Assembly (NCBI GenBank): GCA_035553115.1
Contig: DATNED010000158.1
Span: forward strand, 2,579-66,578
DNA: 64,000 bases
Reading direction: 5' to 3'
DNA from: Terriglobales bacterium
GTDB taxonomy: Bacteria; Acidobacteriota; Terriglobia; Terriglobales; SCQP01
Below are positions 1 through 9,255 of this stretch, piece by piece (the first letter of the stretch is position 1; every line of letters begins with the position of its first letter). Below the pieces are notes generated by a model. It did no database searches. It saw only the letters and a program-made list of their open reading frames with translations, and was not told where the DNA came from. The translations under genes and the position numbers were made by a program.

Positions 1-1
1 G

Positions 2-532
2 ACGCCGGGCGCGCGCTACACGAATCTCTCCAGCGACTTCAAAGCTCAGTACGTCAACGACCTCATTACCATCCACATCATCGAGACCACCCAGGCCGCC
101 GGCACCGGCTCGGTCCAGGCCAAGCGCCAGTTCAACGCCAGCTCCGGCTTCAGCAGCCTGTTCGGCACGCTGCCCGCAACCAGCAAGCTGCAAGCCCTGG
201 TCGCGCCTAATTCCAATTCCGATCTCGAAGGTACGGCCGCCACCGCCTCCACCACCGCCCTCACCACCAGCCTCACCGGGCGGGTGGTGGACTTGCTGCC
301 CAACGGCTACCTCGTGGTCGAAGCCGTCCGCACCATCGAGATGAACAGCCAGCAGCAGACGTTCATCGTCCACGGTGTCGTCCGCCCCGCCGACATCGCC
401 CCGGACAATTCCGTGCTCTCCACTCAAGTCGGCGACTTGGAGGTCGAGTTGCAAGGCAAGGGTGTGATCACCGATGCCACCAAGCCCGTTGGCGGATGGG
501 TGCATTGGCTGCTCAAGTATTTGACCTTCTAG
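2..532 (+). CDS. flgH: Flagellar L-ring protein FlgH, 5'-truncated by window edge
   Basis: Frame 2 is open from nt 2 to the stop at 530-532; the 82-aa track ORF is only its tail. The translation ...NDLITIHIIETTQAAGTGSVQAKRQ...LPNGYLVVEAVRTIEMNSQQQTFIVHGVVRPADI looks like the FlgH core. Lies directly upstream of flgI. Confidence 0.85.
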   Translation, partial: TPGARYTNLSSDFKAQYVNDLITIHIIETTQAAGTGSVQAKRQFNASSGFSSLFGTLPATSKLQALVAPNSNSDLEGTAATASTTALTTSLTGRVVDLLPNGYLVVEAVRTIEMNSQQQTFIVHGVVRPADIAPDNSVLSTQVGDLEVELQGKGVITDATKPVGGWVHWLLKYLTF

Positions 533-538
533 ATTTCC

Positions 539-1660
539 ATGCTGCGCCACTTGAAAATCCTCGCTGTTGTTCTCGCTGCCTCCGCCTTCGCTTGGGGCGC
601 ATCGGACGGCCTTAAGGTGCCCATCGGAGACATCACCTCCATCGCCGGGGTGCGCGACAACATGCTCGTCGGCTACGGCCTCGTGGTCGGCCTCAACGGC
701 ACCGGCGACCGCCGCCAAACCCTCTTCACCACCCAAACCCTGGGCAACATCCTGCAAAAAATGGGCGTCACCATCGCGCCCGCCCAGGTCACCGTCTTGA
801 ACATCGCCGCCGTCTTCGTCACCGCCACCCTGCCCCCCTTCGCCCACCCCGGCATGCGCATTGATGCCACCGTCAGCTCCACCGGCGACGCCCGCAGCCT
901 CTCCGGCGGCCTGCTCCTGCTCAGCGACCTGCATGGCCCCGACGGCGCCGTCTATGCCGAGGCCCAAGGCCCCATCACCGTCGGCGGCTTCAGCGCCGGC
1001 AACAGCCAAAGCAAGGTCACCGTCAACCAGACCAACGTCGGCATCATTCCTTCCGGCGCCATCGTCGAGCGCGACACCGCCGTCAACCTTCATCAGCTCA
1101 AGCAGCTTTCCCTGCTGCTGCGCGAACCCGACTTCATCACCGCGCAAGCCATCGCCACCGCGGTCAACCAAACCCTCGGCGGCGCCCAGGCCCCAGCCAT
1201 AGCCCAAGCGATCGACAGCCGCGAGGTGGACGTGGCCTGGCCCGCCGACGCCAAGTCCCTGCCCGAGTTCCTGGCCAAGATCGAGGCCATTCCGGTTCCC
1301 GTGACCCCGCCCGCGCGCGTGGTTGTGGACGAGCGCACCGGAACCATCGTCATCGGCGCCAATGTGCAACTGGGCCCGGTCTCGATCCTGCATGGCGATC
1401 TGGCCATCCAAGTCACCACCACGCTCACGGCCAGCCAGCCCACGGCGCTGTCTCAAGGCGGCCAAACCGTGCTGGTTCCCAACACCACCGTGAAGGCCCA
1501 AGACAACCCTGCCGCCAAGCTTGTCCTTCAGCCCGGCGCTACGGTGCAAGATCTCGTGAACGGTCTTCAGGCCATTGGCGCGACTGCCCGCGACATCGTC
1601 GGCATCCTGCGGGCGATCAAAGCCGCCGGCGCGCTCGAAGCCCAGTTGGAGGTGATCTGA
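539..1660 (+). CDS. flgI: Flagellar P-ring protein FlgI
   Basis: 373 aa with signal peptide MLRHLKILAVVLAASAFAWG. IAGVRDNMLVGYGLVVGLNGTGD and C-terminal ARDIVGILRAIKAAGALEAQLEVI are typical FlgI motifs. Confidence 0.95.
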   Translation: MLRHLKILAVVLAASAFAWGASDGLKVPIGDITSIAGVRDNMLVGYGLVVGLNGTGDRRQTLFTTQTLGNILQKMGVTIAPAQVTVLNIAAVFVTATLPPFAHPGMRIDATVSSTGDARSLSGGLLLLSDLHGPDGAVYAEAQGPITVGGFSAGNSQSKVTVNQTNVGIIPSGAIVERDTAVNLHQLKQLSLLLREPDFITAQAIATAVNQTLGGAQAPAIAQAIDSREVDVAWPADAKSLPEFLAKIEAIPVPVTPPARVVVDERTGTIVIGANVQLGPVSILHGDLAIQVTTTLTASQPTALSQGGQTVLVPNTTVKAQDNPAAKLVLQPGATVQDLVNGLQAIGATARDIVGILRAIKAAGALEAQLEVI

Positions 1661-2064
1661 TGCACCTGCATGCGCTGGCTGCGACCGCTCCTTCCCCGGC
1701 CTCGACCGCCGCACCCAAAAACCAGGACCCGAAGCTGCACAAGGCCTCGCAAGATTTCGAAGGTATCTTAATCAGCACCCTCTGGAGCTCGATCCAAGAC
1801 GACCCCATGATGGGCACCCAGGACGACGACAGCGACCCCGGCGCGGACAGCCTGAAATCCCTAGGCTTGCAGGCGATGTCCAACGCGCTCTCGCAACGCG
1901 GCGGGCTCGGGTTGGGAGCCATGATCGAACACCAGCTCACCCCCCAAAACGCCCCGGCCGCGGCCCCCGCGGGCCTCCCTCCCCTAAAGTCCGGCCCGAT
2001 TGCGGACGATACTATGCATGTGGCGGGACTTCCCCAGTCCGCCACGGTGGAGGAACGACGGTGA
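1660..2064 (+). CDS. flgJ: Rod-binding protein (FlgJ N-terminal domain only, no muramidase domain)
   Basis: 134 aa. KLHKASQDFEGILISTLWSSI...SLGLQAMSNALSQRGGLGLGAMIEHQL resembles the FlgJ rod-binding domain. Start overlaps the flgI stop by 1 nt (TGATG). Confidence 0.7.
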   Translation: MHLHALAATAPSPASTAAPKNQDPKLHKASQDFEGILISTLWSSIQDDPMMGTQDDDSDPGADSLKSLGLQAMSNALSQRGGLGLGAMIEHQLTPQNAPAAAPAGLPPLKSGPIADDTMHVAGLPQSATVEERR

Positions 2065-2387
2065 GAATACATCATCCCCCCGTAAACCCGGCGCAGAACC
2101 CCGCGCTCGAGCAGGCCGCGAATGTCGGTCCAGGCCGGGTGTCGAACTCCTCTACCTCGATCGTTGGGACGGGCGCGAACCCCGTCTCCGGCGATCAGGC
2201 CAAACTGGGCGCTTCCTCGGTCGCTTTGACCGCCAGCGCTCTGGGCCAGCCCGAGGTGCGCTCCGATTTGGTGGCGCATTTCCGGGCACAGATTGCCAGC
2301 GGCGCCTACACCGTGGATCCGTCTCAGGTGGCGGATTCCATGCTGCAGGACCCCCTCACTGGCTTGGGGAATCGGGAACGTGGATAG
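2061..2387 (+). CDS. flgM: Anti-sigma-28 factor FlgM
   Basis: 108 aa. C-terminal VRSDLVAHFRAQIASGAYTVDPSQVADSML is FlgM-like. GTG start overlaps the flgJ stop (GTGA). Position between flgJ and flgK fits. Confidence 0.7.
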   Translation: MRIHHPPVNPAQNPALEQAANVGPGRVSNSSTSIVGTGANPVSGDQAKLGASSVALTASALGQPEVRSDLVAHFRAQIASGAYTVDPSQVADSMLQDPLTGLGNRERG

Positions 2388-2823
2388 CCAAACCGCGCGC
2401 CGGGACCTCGGCGCGGGACTTTCCAAATCCTTCAGCGCCTCCCCGTCACCAGGCGCCGTTCTCGGTTCTCCACTCCCCCGGAACGCATCGGCGACGGAAT
2501 CCTGGCTTCATCAGCGCCGCGACTTGGTTGCGCAGCTCAGCCAGGCCCTGCGCGATGGTTTCCAAGCGGTAGCCGCGTTCCAAGGCGCGGCCTACCTCGA
2601 TTGCGTCGAGCGGCAGCAGGCGCTCTGCCTGCAGATTGCCGCGCTCGATCAGCGCAAACCCACCCTGGGCGAGCAGGCGGCGGTGTCGCTGCGCGCCCTC
2701 AACTCCGAATTGCGCCAACTGGGCGAAGTCCAGGCCGCGCTGATCGAGCATGGCAGCCGTTCGGTGCGCTGCTTCCAGCGCGTGTGGGCGCTGGGCGCGC
2801 CCGCCTACGGGCCGCAGAACTGA
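2380..2823 (+). CDS. Putative FlgN-like flagellar export chaperone
   Basis: Track ORF is 2293-2823. I prefer the in-frame GTG at 2380, which overlaps flgM by 8 nt. Helical Leu/Gln-rich protein (LVAQLSQALRDGF...LNSELRQLGEVQAALIEHG) in the slot where flgN usually sits, before flgK. The call rests on context only. Confidence 0.45.
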   Translation: MDSQTARRDLGAGLSKSFSASPSPGAVLGSPLPRNASATESWLHQRRDLVAQLSQALRDGFQAVAAFQGAAYLDCVERQQALCLQIAALDQRKPTLGEQAAVSLRALNSELRQLGEVQAALIEHGSRSVRCFQRVWALGAPAYGPQN

Positions 2824-2835
2824 GAGAGAACTGAT

Positions 2836-4206
2836 ATGGCAGGTCTCTTCGGCATCCTCTCGATCGCGGATCAATCCATCCAGGCGCAGCAGTCCGGCCT
2901 CGACGTCACCGCCAACAACTTGGCCAACGTGAACTCGCCCGGGTACACCCGCCAGGTCGCGCTGCTTTCCGAGCAAGCACCGTTCTCCACCAGCAGCGGC
3001 GGCGGCGGCGGGGTCACGCTCGACAAAATCCAGAGCGTGCGCGACAACGTGCTCGAGATTCGGCTCAACCAGGAAACCTCGAATCAGAACCGCCTCACTT
3101 CGATGCAGCAGCAGTTGGGTCCGGTGCAGACGATGTTCAGCGACCAGAGCGGCGCTGGCCTCGGCACCGCCCTCGACAGCTTCTTCAACAGCCTGCAGCA
3201 GCTCACAACCAATCCCACCGACGGAGCGCAGCGCCAGGCGGTGATCACCGCCGCCCAGACCTTGGCCCAAACCTTCAATCAGGTTTCCAACGGCATCAGC
3301 CAGCAAGTTTCCGGTGCCGACCAGGAGGTTGTCCAGAGCGTCTCCCAGGTGAACACGCTCACCGGTCAAATCGCCACCCTCAACGGCGAGATCGCCGACA
3401 CTCAGAACGCCGGCCAGGACACCAGCGAACTGGTGGATCAGCGCACCAACCTGGTTCGCAACCTTTCGCAGCTCATGGATTTCAACGTCAGCGACGGCGG
3501 CGACGGCCAAGTCACCCTGACCGGCAGCCAAGGGGCGCCGCTGGTGGTGGGGCGCACCGGCGCGCAGCTGACCACCGCCACCACCGCCACCGGTGTGCAT
3601 GACATCTTCGATGGCGGCGTGGATATCACCTCTTCCATCACCGGCGGCAGTCTGGCCGGCATGATCACCGTGCGCGACACCACGCTGCCGCAGCTCGCAA
3701 CCCAATTGGACGCGCTCGCCAGCGGCGTCTCCAACGCCATCAACACCCAGAATCAAGCCGGCTTCACCACCGCCGGCGCTGCCGGCGGAAACCTCTTCAC
3801 CGTTCCTCCGGCCGTCGGCGCCGCCGGCCAGATGGCGCTCGCCACCAACGACCCCAATGCCATTGCCGCCTCCAGCTCCGCCACCGCCGCAGGCGACAAC
3901 TCCAACCTATTGGCGATGACGGGGCTGCAGCAGCAAAGCATTATTGGCGGAAAGACGCCCGACAATGCCTATGCCGGGCTGATCACCACCATTGGCAGCG
4001 TGCTCAACGGAGTCAACACGCAGCAGCAGGCCTCGAGCCTCGTGCTCACCCAGCTCCAGAGCCAGCGCGACTCGGTCTCTGGCGTTTCGCTCGACGAGGA
4101 GAGCATCAACCTCAATCAATTCCAGTCGGCCTATCAGGCGGCGGCGCGTGTGGTTGCAGTCATCAATACGCTCACCGGCGAAGCCATCAACTTGGGCAAG
4201 GATTAA
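2836..4206 (+). CDS. flgK: Flagellar hook-associated protein 1 FlgK
   Basis: 456 aa. N-terminal SIADQSIQAQQSGLDVTANNLANVNSPGYTRQ and C-terminal VSLDEESINLNQFQSAYQAAARVVAVINTL are conserved FlgK/flagellar-rod-family termini. Confidence 0.9.
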   Translation: MAGLFGILSIADQSIQAQQSGLDVTANNLANVNSPGYTRQVALLSEQAPFSTSSGGGGGVTLDKIQSVRDNVLEIRLNQETSNQNRLTSMQQQLGPVQTMFSDQSGAGLGTALDSFFNSLQQLTTNPTDGAQRQAVITAAQTLAQTFNQVSNGISQQVSGADQEVVQSVSQVNTLTGQIATLNGEIADTQNAGQDTSELVDQRTNLVRNLSQLMDFNVSDGGDGQVTLTGSQGAPLVVGRTGAQLTTATTATGVHDIFDGGVDITSSITGGSLAGMITVRDTTLPQLATQLDALASGVSNAINTQNQAGFTTAGAAGGNLFTVPPAVGAAGQMALATNDPNAIAASSSATAAGDNSNLLAMTGLQQQSIIGGKTPDNAYAGLITTIGSVLNGVNTQQQASSLVLTQLQSQRDSVSGVSLDEESINLNQFQSAYQAAARVVAVINTLTGEAINLGKD

Positions 4207-4219
4207 CGGGTAGCACACC

Positions 4220-5128
4220 ATGTTCACGCGCATCACCTCCGATTTGATGAACACCAACCTGCTGTCGGCGCTGAACGAAACCCAGCAGGGGCAGAACCAG
4301 GCGCTGACCCAGGTCGAGACCAACCGCCGCGTCAATGTTCCGAGCGACGACCCGGCGGCGGCGGCGCTGTTCAGCATCAACGAGGCTGCGGGCTCCTCGG
4401 TCACGCAGTTTCTGCAGAACATCAACAGCCTGAACGGAAGTTTGCAGGTGGGCGATTCGGCGCTCTCCTCGGCGGTGACCATGATCAACCGCGCGATCAC
4501 GCTGGGCACCTCGGGCGCGAGCGGCACCCTTTCGGCCCAGGATCGCGCCGATCTCGGCCAAGAGGTCACGCAAATTCAGCAACAAATGATCGGCGTTGCG
4601 AACTCGACCTTCCAGGGCAGCTACATTTTTTCCGGCACCGCCCAAGGGCCGGCGTATGTGGCGGACGCCACCCAGCCCGACGGCGTGAAGTACCAGGGCA
4701 ATGCCGGCACCAATCAAGTCGAGGTAGCGCCCGGCACCCAAGTGCAAGTCAATGTTGCGGGCAGCTCGATTTTTCAGAACGGCAGCGGCAGCGTTTTTCA
4801 GGCTCTCCAGGATCTCGCTACCGCGCTCAACGGCAACAACCCCAATGGCGCGCAGTCGGCCGTGACGGAATTGAATTCCGCCTTGGGTCAGCTCAGCTCG
4901 CAGCGTGTCTTCTACGGCACTACGCTTGATCGCCTCACCACCACCAACAACTTCTTGCAGAACGAGCAATTGAACCTGACCTCGCAGCAGACCACATTGG
5001 TGGGGGCGGATCTGGCCACCGCCCTGACCCAGTTGACCTCGTCCGAGACCGCGCGGAGCGCGATTCTCCAGGCCGCGGCCCGCATCAGCCAAGACAGCCT
5101 GCTCAACATCCCGGGCACCGGCGGCTAA
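4220..5128 (+). CDS. flgL: Flagellar hook-associated protein 3 FlgL
   Basis: 302 aa with flagellin-type N terminus ([42 protein letters not shown]) and C terminus ([25 protein letters not shown]). Follows flgK. Confidence 0.85.
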   Translation: MFTRITSDLMNTNLLSALNETQQGQNQALTQVETNRRVNVPSDDPAAAALFSINEAAGSSVTQFLQNINSLNGSLQVGDSALSSAVTMINRAITLGTSGASGTLSAQDRADLGQEVTQIQQQMIGVANSTFQGSYIFSGTAQGPAYVADATQPDGVKYQGNAGTNQVEVAPGTQVQVNVAGSSIFQNGSGSVFQALQDLATALNGNNPNGAQSAVTELNSALGQLSSQRVFYGTTLDRLTTTNNFLQNEQLNLTSQQTTLVGADLATALTQLTSSETARSAILQAAARISQDSLLNIPGTGG

Positions 5129-6135
5129 GCAATCCGCAGCACCCCGGCCCCGGCGATGGCGTCGTGCTTCAGCGCCTCCAGCGCCTCGTTGGCTGCGGTG
5201 AAGGCAAACCCCTCGATCCGCGTGCGCACCCTTGCGCGCGTCGCCTCGGTCAGGAATTCGCGCCCGTCTTCGCGGGTGTTGTTGGCCACGCTGCGGATGA
5301 TGCGCTCGCCGTAGAGCCAGTCGTAATCAAGCGCGGGGATCGCGCTCATGTGGATCCCGCCCAGCACCAGCGTCCCGCCCCGATCGAGCGCGCGCAGCGC
5401 CGGCGGCACCAGCTCGCCCGCCGGTGCGAACAACAACGCGGCGTCGAGCCGCGCCGGCGGCGGCTCGGCAGCCCCGCCCACCCAGTGCGCGCCCAGTTCG
5501 GCGGCCAGCAACTGGTGACGCTCATGGTCGCGGGTGCAGACGTAGACTTCGGCCCCGCGCGCGCGCGCGATCTGGATCGCGATGTGCCCGGCCGCGCCGA
5601 AGCCGTAGATGCCCAGCCGCGCCCCGGCCCAGTTCGTGATCCCGCTCAGCCGCAGGCAGCGGTAGCCGATGATGCCGGCGCACAGCAGCGGCGCCGCCTG
5701 CGCGTCCTCCATCGCCTCCGGCAGCGGATACACGAACGCTGCGCGCCCCAGCGCGTATTCCGCGAAGCCGCCGGGCACCGTCCAGCCTGTGAATGCGGCC
5801 GCTTCGCACAGGTTCTCCCGTCCGCTGCGGCAGAAGCGGCAGACCCCGCAGGTCGCGTGCAGCCAGGCGATGCCCACCCGCTGCCCGACGGTCAGCCCTG
5901 CCGTGTCTCCGCCGCCGAGCTCCGCTACCTCCCCCACGATCTGGTGTCCCGGCGTGATCTCTGCCCGCCGCACCTCCAGCTCGCCTTCGACCACTTGCAG
6001 ATCGGTGCGGCAGATGCCGCAGGCGCGCACCCGCACCAGCACCTCGCCCGTTCCCGGTACCGGACGCTCCACCTCGGCCAGCTTAAGCGGATGCTGGCTC
6101 CCCGGTGCCGGATGTGGCAAAATCCAGGCTTGCAT
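5125..6135 (-). CDS. Zinc-dependent alcohol dehydrogenase family oxidoreductase
   Basis: Real start is MQAWILP at 6135; the 492-aa track ORF is an upstream run-on. Motifs seen: [15 protein letters not shown], structural-zinc site [15 protein letters not shown], Rossmann GFGAAGH. Confidence 0.9.
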   Translation of the reverse strand: MQAWILPHPAPGSQHPLKLAEVERPVPGTGEVLVRVRACGICRTDLQVVEGELEVRRAEITPGHQIVGEVAELGGGDTAGLTVGQRVGIAWLHATCGVCRFCRSGRENLCEAAAFTGWTVPGGFAEYALGRAAFVYPLPEAMEDAQAAPLLCAGIIGYRCLRLSGITNWAGARLGIYGFGAAGHIAIQIARARGAEVYVCTRDHERHQLLAAELGAHWVGGAAEPPPARLDAALLFAPAGELVPPALRALDRGGTLVLGGIHMSAIPALDYDWLYGERIIRSVANNTREDGREFLTEATRARVRTRIEGFAFTAANEALEALKHDAIAGAGVLRIA

Positions 6136-6171
6136 ACAAACAACGCCAGTATAGATGCCTCGTTCGCGCGG

Positions 6172-6945
6172 GTGGTCGGCATCATGCATCGCCTGCGTGC
6201 CCCCGAGGGCTGCCCCTGGGACCGCGCCCAAACCTTTGAGTCCATCCGCGCCCACACGCTGGAAGAAACCTACGAAGTGCTCGAAGCGATTTCTGCGCGC
6301 GATTTCGCCGCCCTGCGCGAAGAGCTCGGCGACCTGCTGCTGCAAGTCTTGTTCTATAGCGAAATGGCGGCCGAGCAGGATCGGTTCACCATCGCCGACG
6401 TGCTCAACGAACTGGCCGACAAACTGGTTCGGCGCCATCCCCATGTCTTCCAGCCTGGCGAGTCGGCCTCGAGCCCGGAGGCCGCGCTCGGACGGTGGAA
6501 CGCAATGAAAGCGGCGGAGAAGGGCGGGTCGGCTCGCAAGAGCCTGCTCGACGGCATCCCGCGCGAGTTGCCCGGCTTGGCCGAGGCCGCAAAGCTCGGC
6601 CATCGCGCCGCCTCGGTCGGCTTCGATTGGCAGGATTCAGGTGGGGTCGCAGCGAAGGTGGAGGAGGAGTGGGGCGAGCTGCACGCCGAGACGGCGGCGA
6701 ATGCGCCATCAAAGCCCAGGATGGAAGAGGAACTGGGCGACCTGTTGTTCACGATCGCCAACTTGGCGCGGCATCTCGGCCTCGAGCCCGAGTCGGCGCT
6801 CAAGCATGCCAATCGCAAATTTCAGCGGCGGTTCCAAGCCATGGAAGCCATGCTTGCGATGCAGCCGATTCCACCAGCGCGGCCCAGAGCGGAGGCATGG
6901 GAGGAGCTATGGCAACAAGCCAAGCAGAGCGAACCGAGGGCGTGA
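6172..6945 (+). CDS. mazG: Nucleoside triphosphate pyrophosphohydrolase MazG
   Basis: C-terminal part of the 593-aa track [40 protein letters not shown] and a second [19 protein letters not shown] repeat are MazG hallmarks. Start is uncertain: GTG 6172, ATG 6184 or TTG 6130. Confidence 0.8.
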   Translation: MVGIMHRLRAPEGCPWDRAQTFESIRAHTLEETYEVLEAISARDFAALREELGDLLLQVLFYSEMAAEQDRFTIADVLNELADKLVRRHPHVFQPGESASSPEAALGRWNAMKAAEKGGSARKSLLDGIPRELPGLAEAAKLGHRAASVGFDWQDSGGVAAKVEEEWGELHAETAANAPSKPRMEEELGDLLFTIANLARHLGLEPESALKHANRKFQRRFQAMEAMLAMQPIPPARPRAEAWEELWQQAKQSEPRA

Positions 6946-7679
6946 CTCCCCTGGCCATTCGCGTCGCCGAAACGGTCGAGGAGTTCGAGGCCTGCGTTCA
7001 GCTTCAACGCAGGGTCTGGCGGTTTGACGACTTGGATCTGGTTCCGCGCCGCGTGTTCGTGGTGGCGCGCAAGATTGGTGGCCAAACCCTGACCGCATGG
7101 GACGGCGGCAAACTCGCGGGCTTCACCCTGGCGCTTCCTGGCCACCGCCCCGGGCAGACATTCTGGCATTCCCACATGCTGGCGGTCGCGCCCCTGTACC
7201 GCGACCACGGCTTGGGCCGCAAGTTGAAACTGCGGCAAAGGGATGAGGCCTTGGCGCTCGGATTCGACTTGATCGAATGGACGTTCGATCCACTCGAGAT
7301 CAAGAATGGCTACTTCAACCTCGAGCGCCTCGGCGCCATCGCCCGCCATTGCCATTCCAATCTCTACGGAGCGACCTCGAGCGCCCTCCAGGCTGGCCTT
7401 CCCACCGACCGGCTCACCGCCGAGTGGTGGCTGCGCACCCCGCGCGTGGCCGCGCTTGCCGCGGATGCCCCGCCCCCGCCCCAGCAGGTCGTCGCCGAAG
7501 TCGCCGTGCCCGCCGCCTTGGAGGATTGGAAGAAGAACGAGGATGCCCGCGCCTCGCAGGAGCAGCGCCACATCACCGCCGCTCTCCAAGCCGGATTCGC
7601 CCAAGGCTTCGCCGCGGTCGGATACGAACGCTCCCAAGCCGGCGGCAAATTCCTGCTTGGACCATGGGAGCCCGCATGA
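6909..7679 (+). CDS. GNAT-family acyltransferase (candidate amino-acid N-succinyl/acetyltransferase partner of NSAR)
   Basis: ATG at 6909 is preceded by GGGAGGAG (6899-6906). 256 aa. HMLAVAPLYRDHGLGRKLKLRQRDEALALGFDLIEWTFDPL fits a GNAT core. Its stop overlaps the next gene's start (ATGA). Confidence 0.6.
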   Translation: MATSQAERTEGVTPLAIRVAETVEEFEACVQLQRRVWRFDDLDLVPRRVFVVARKIGGQTLTAWDGGKLAGFTLALPGHRPGQTFWHSHMLAVAPLYRDHGLGRKLKLRQRDEALALGFDLIEWTFDPLEIKNGYFNLERLGAIARHCHSNLYGATSSALQAGLPTDRLTAEWWLRTPRVAALAADAPPPPQQVVAEVAVPAALEDWKKNEDARASQEQRHITAALQAGFAQGFAAVGYERSQAGGKFLLGPWEPA

Positions 7680-8782
7680 AGATTGAGTCGGCCACGCTGC
7701 GCGAAATCCAGATGCCGCTGGTCAGCTTCTTCGAGACCAGCTTCGCGCGCATGCATCAGCGCCGCATCCTCCTGCTGCAATTGCGGGTGGATGGCGTCGA
7801 GGGTTGGGGCGAGGTCACCTGCGGCGAGGCGCCCTACTACAGCCCCGAGAGCACCGACACCGCCGCCGTGGTGCTGCGCGACTTCCTGCTGCCGTTGGTG
7901 GTCGGCAACAACTGCCGGCATCCGCGCGACGTCGCTGCTTGGATGCGTCCGGTCCGCGGCCACGCCATGGCCAAGGCCGCAGTCGAGAACGCCGTCTGGG
8001 CAGCGCACGCTACGCAGGTGGGCCAGCCTCTGTGGCAACTTCTCGGTGGCACCCGCCCCCGGATCGCCTGCGGCGTGTCCATTGGCATCAAGGACTCGAT
8101 CGAGGATCTGCTCGACGCCATCGCCCGCGAACTCGCCGCCGGGTACCAGCGCATCAAGGTCAAGATTAAGCCCGGCTGGGATGTGGCGGTGCTGGAGCGC
8201 ATTCGTGCCCGCTTTCCCGACATCGCCCTCATGGGCGACGCCAACTCCGCCTACACGCTCGCCGATCTCGACCACCTGCGCGAATTCGACCGCTTCGATC
8301 TGATGATGCTCGAGCAGCCGCTCTGGCATGACGACATCTATTTCCACGCCCGGCTGCAGCGCGAGCTGCGCACCGCGATCTGTCTGGATGAGTCCATCCA
8401 TCATCTGCGCGACGCCGAGCAAGCAATCGCGATCGGCGCCTGCCGGATCATCAACGTCAAACTGGGGCGCGTCGGCGGATTCTCCTCCGCGCTCGAGGTG
8501 CATGCCGCCACCCAGAAGGCGGGCATGCCGGTCTGGTGTGGCGGCATGCTCGAAAGCGGCATTGGGCGCGCCCACAACATCGCCCTCTCGACGTTGGCGA
8601 ACTTCTCCCTCCCCGGCGATGTCAGCGCCAGCCGGCGCTATTGGAAGGAAGACATCATTGATCCGGAAGTTACCGTGAGCCCCGACGGCACCATCGCCGC
8701 GCCCGCGACCGCAGGGCTGGGCTTCACGGTCCAATTGGCGCGGGTGCAGGCGCTGAGCAAATGGGAGTTCACCGTCGGGTGA
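7676..8782 (+). CDS. Enolase-superfamily o-succinylbenzoate synthase / N-succinylamino acid racemase
   Basis: 368 aa from MKIESATLREIQMPL. All catalytic motifs are visible: KVKIKPG (KxK), MGDANSAY, MMLEQPL, ICLDESI, NVKLGRVGG. Confidence 0.85.
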   Translation: MKIESATLREIQMPLVSFFETSFARMHQRRILLLQLRVDGVEGWGEVTCGEAPYYSPESTDTAAVVLRDFLLPLVVGNNCRHPRDVAAWMRPVRGHAMAKAAVENAVWAAHATQVGQPLWQLLGGTRPRIACGVSIGIKDSIEDLLDAIARELAAGYQRIKVKIKPGWDVAVLERIRARFPDIALMGDANSAYTLADLDHLREFDRFDLMMLEQPLWHDDIYFHARLQRELRTAICLDESIHHLRDAEQAIAIGACRIINVKLGRVGGFSSALEVHAATQKAGMPVWCGGMLESGIGRAHNIALSTLANFSLPGDVSASRRYWKEDIIDPEVTVSPDGTIAAPATAGLGFTVQLARVQALSKWEFTVG

Positions 8783-8795
8783 ACCGCCAACGAGG

Positions 8796-9215
8796 TTACC
8801 CCTTTGGCAGCACCTTCCAGCCTTGCCAGCTGCGCCCGCCGGTGTTGCCCTTCTCCGCCTGTTCGGGATAAACCGTTTCCGGGCGCGGCCCCGGCTTCAC
8901 CTTCGCCAGCACATCCTCGACCAGCCTTTGCAGCTTGCGGTTGAAGCGGAACACCGTCGTGCCGTCGATCACGAACGGCATCTCGACCACCGCCCCGCGC
9001 GCATCAAGCGGCGTCAGCACTTTGTGGATCGCCAGGCCCTTGAGGTCGAGCCAGCTGGTCGGCTGGGCGTAGGCGGCGCTGAACTGGTCGGCGGTGACCC
9101 GCTCGTCGGGGTGCTCCAGAAACCAGCGCGCGATCTTCTTCAGCGCCGGATGCGTGGTGAGGAAATTGTCGAGCGAGATCCAATCCATGCGCTCGTAGGC
9201 AGGCGATTCTTCCAT
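8796..9215 (-). CDS. Hypothetical protein (139 aa)
   Basis: Clean ORF with host-like codon usage and AAAGGG just upstream of the ATG. I recognise no family. Confidence 0.55.
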   Translation of the reverse strand: MEESPAYERMDWISLDNFLTTHPALKKIARWFLEHPDERVTADQFSAAYAQPTSWLDLKGLAIHKVLTPLDARGAVVEMPFVIDGTTVFRFNRKLQRLVEDVLAKVKPGPRPETVYPEQAEKGNTGGRSWQGWKVLPKG

Positions 9216-9255
9216 GGCCCTTTCAGTTTAGAGAAGGTATTCTTGTACAGCAAGC

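Noticed and set aside
5164-6171. N-terminal 336 aa of the 593-aa ORF containing MazG
   Set aside because: This part is antisense to the alcohol dehydrogenase gene and Arg/Pro-rich. MazG homology begins only at ...[19 protein letters not shown].
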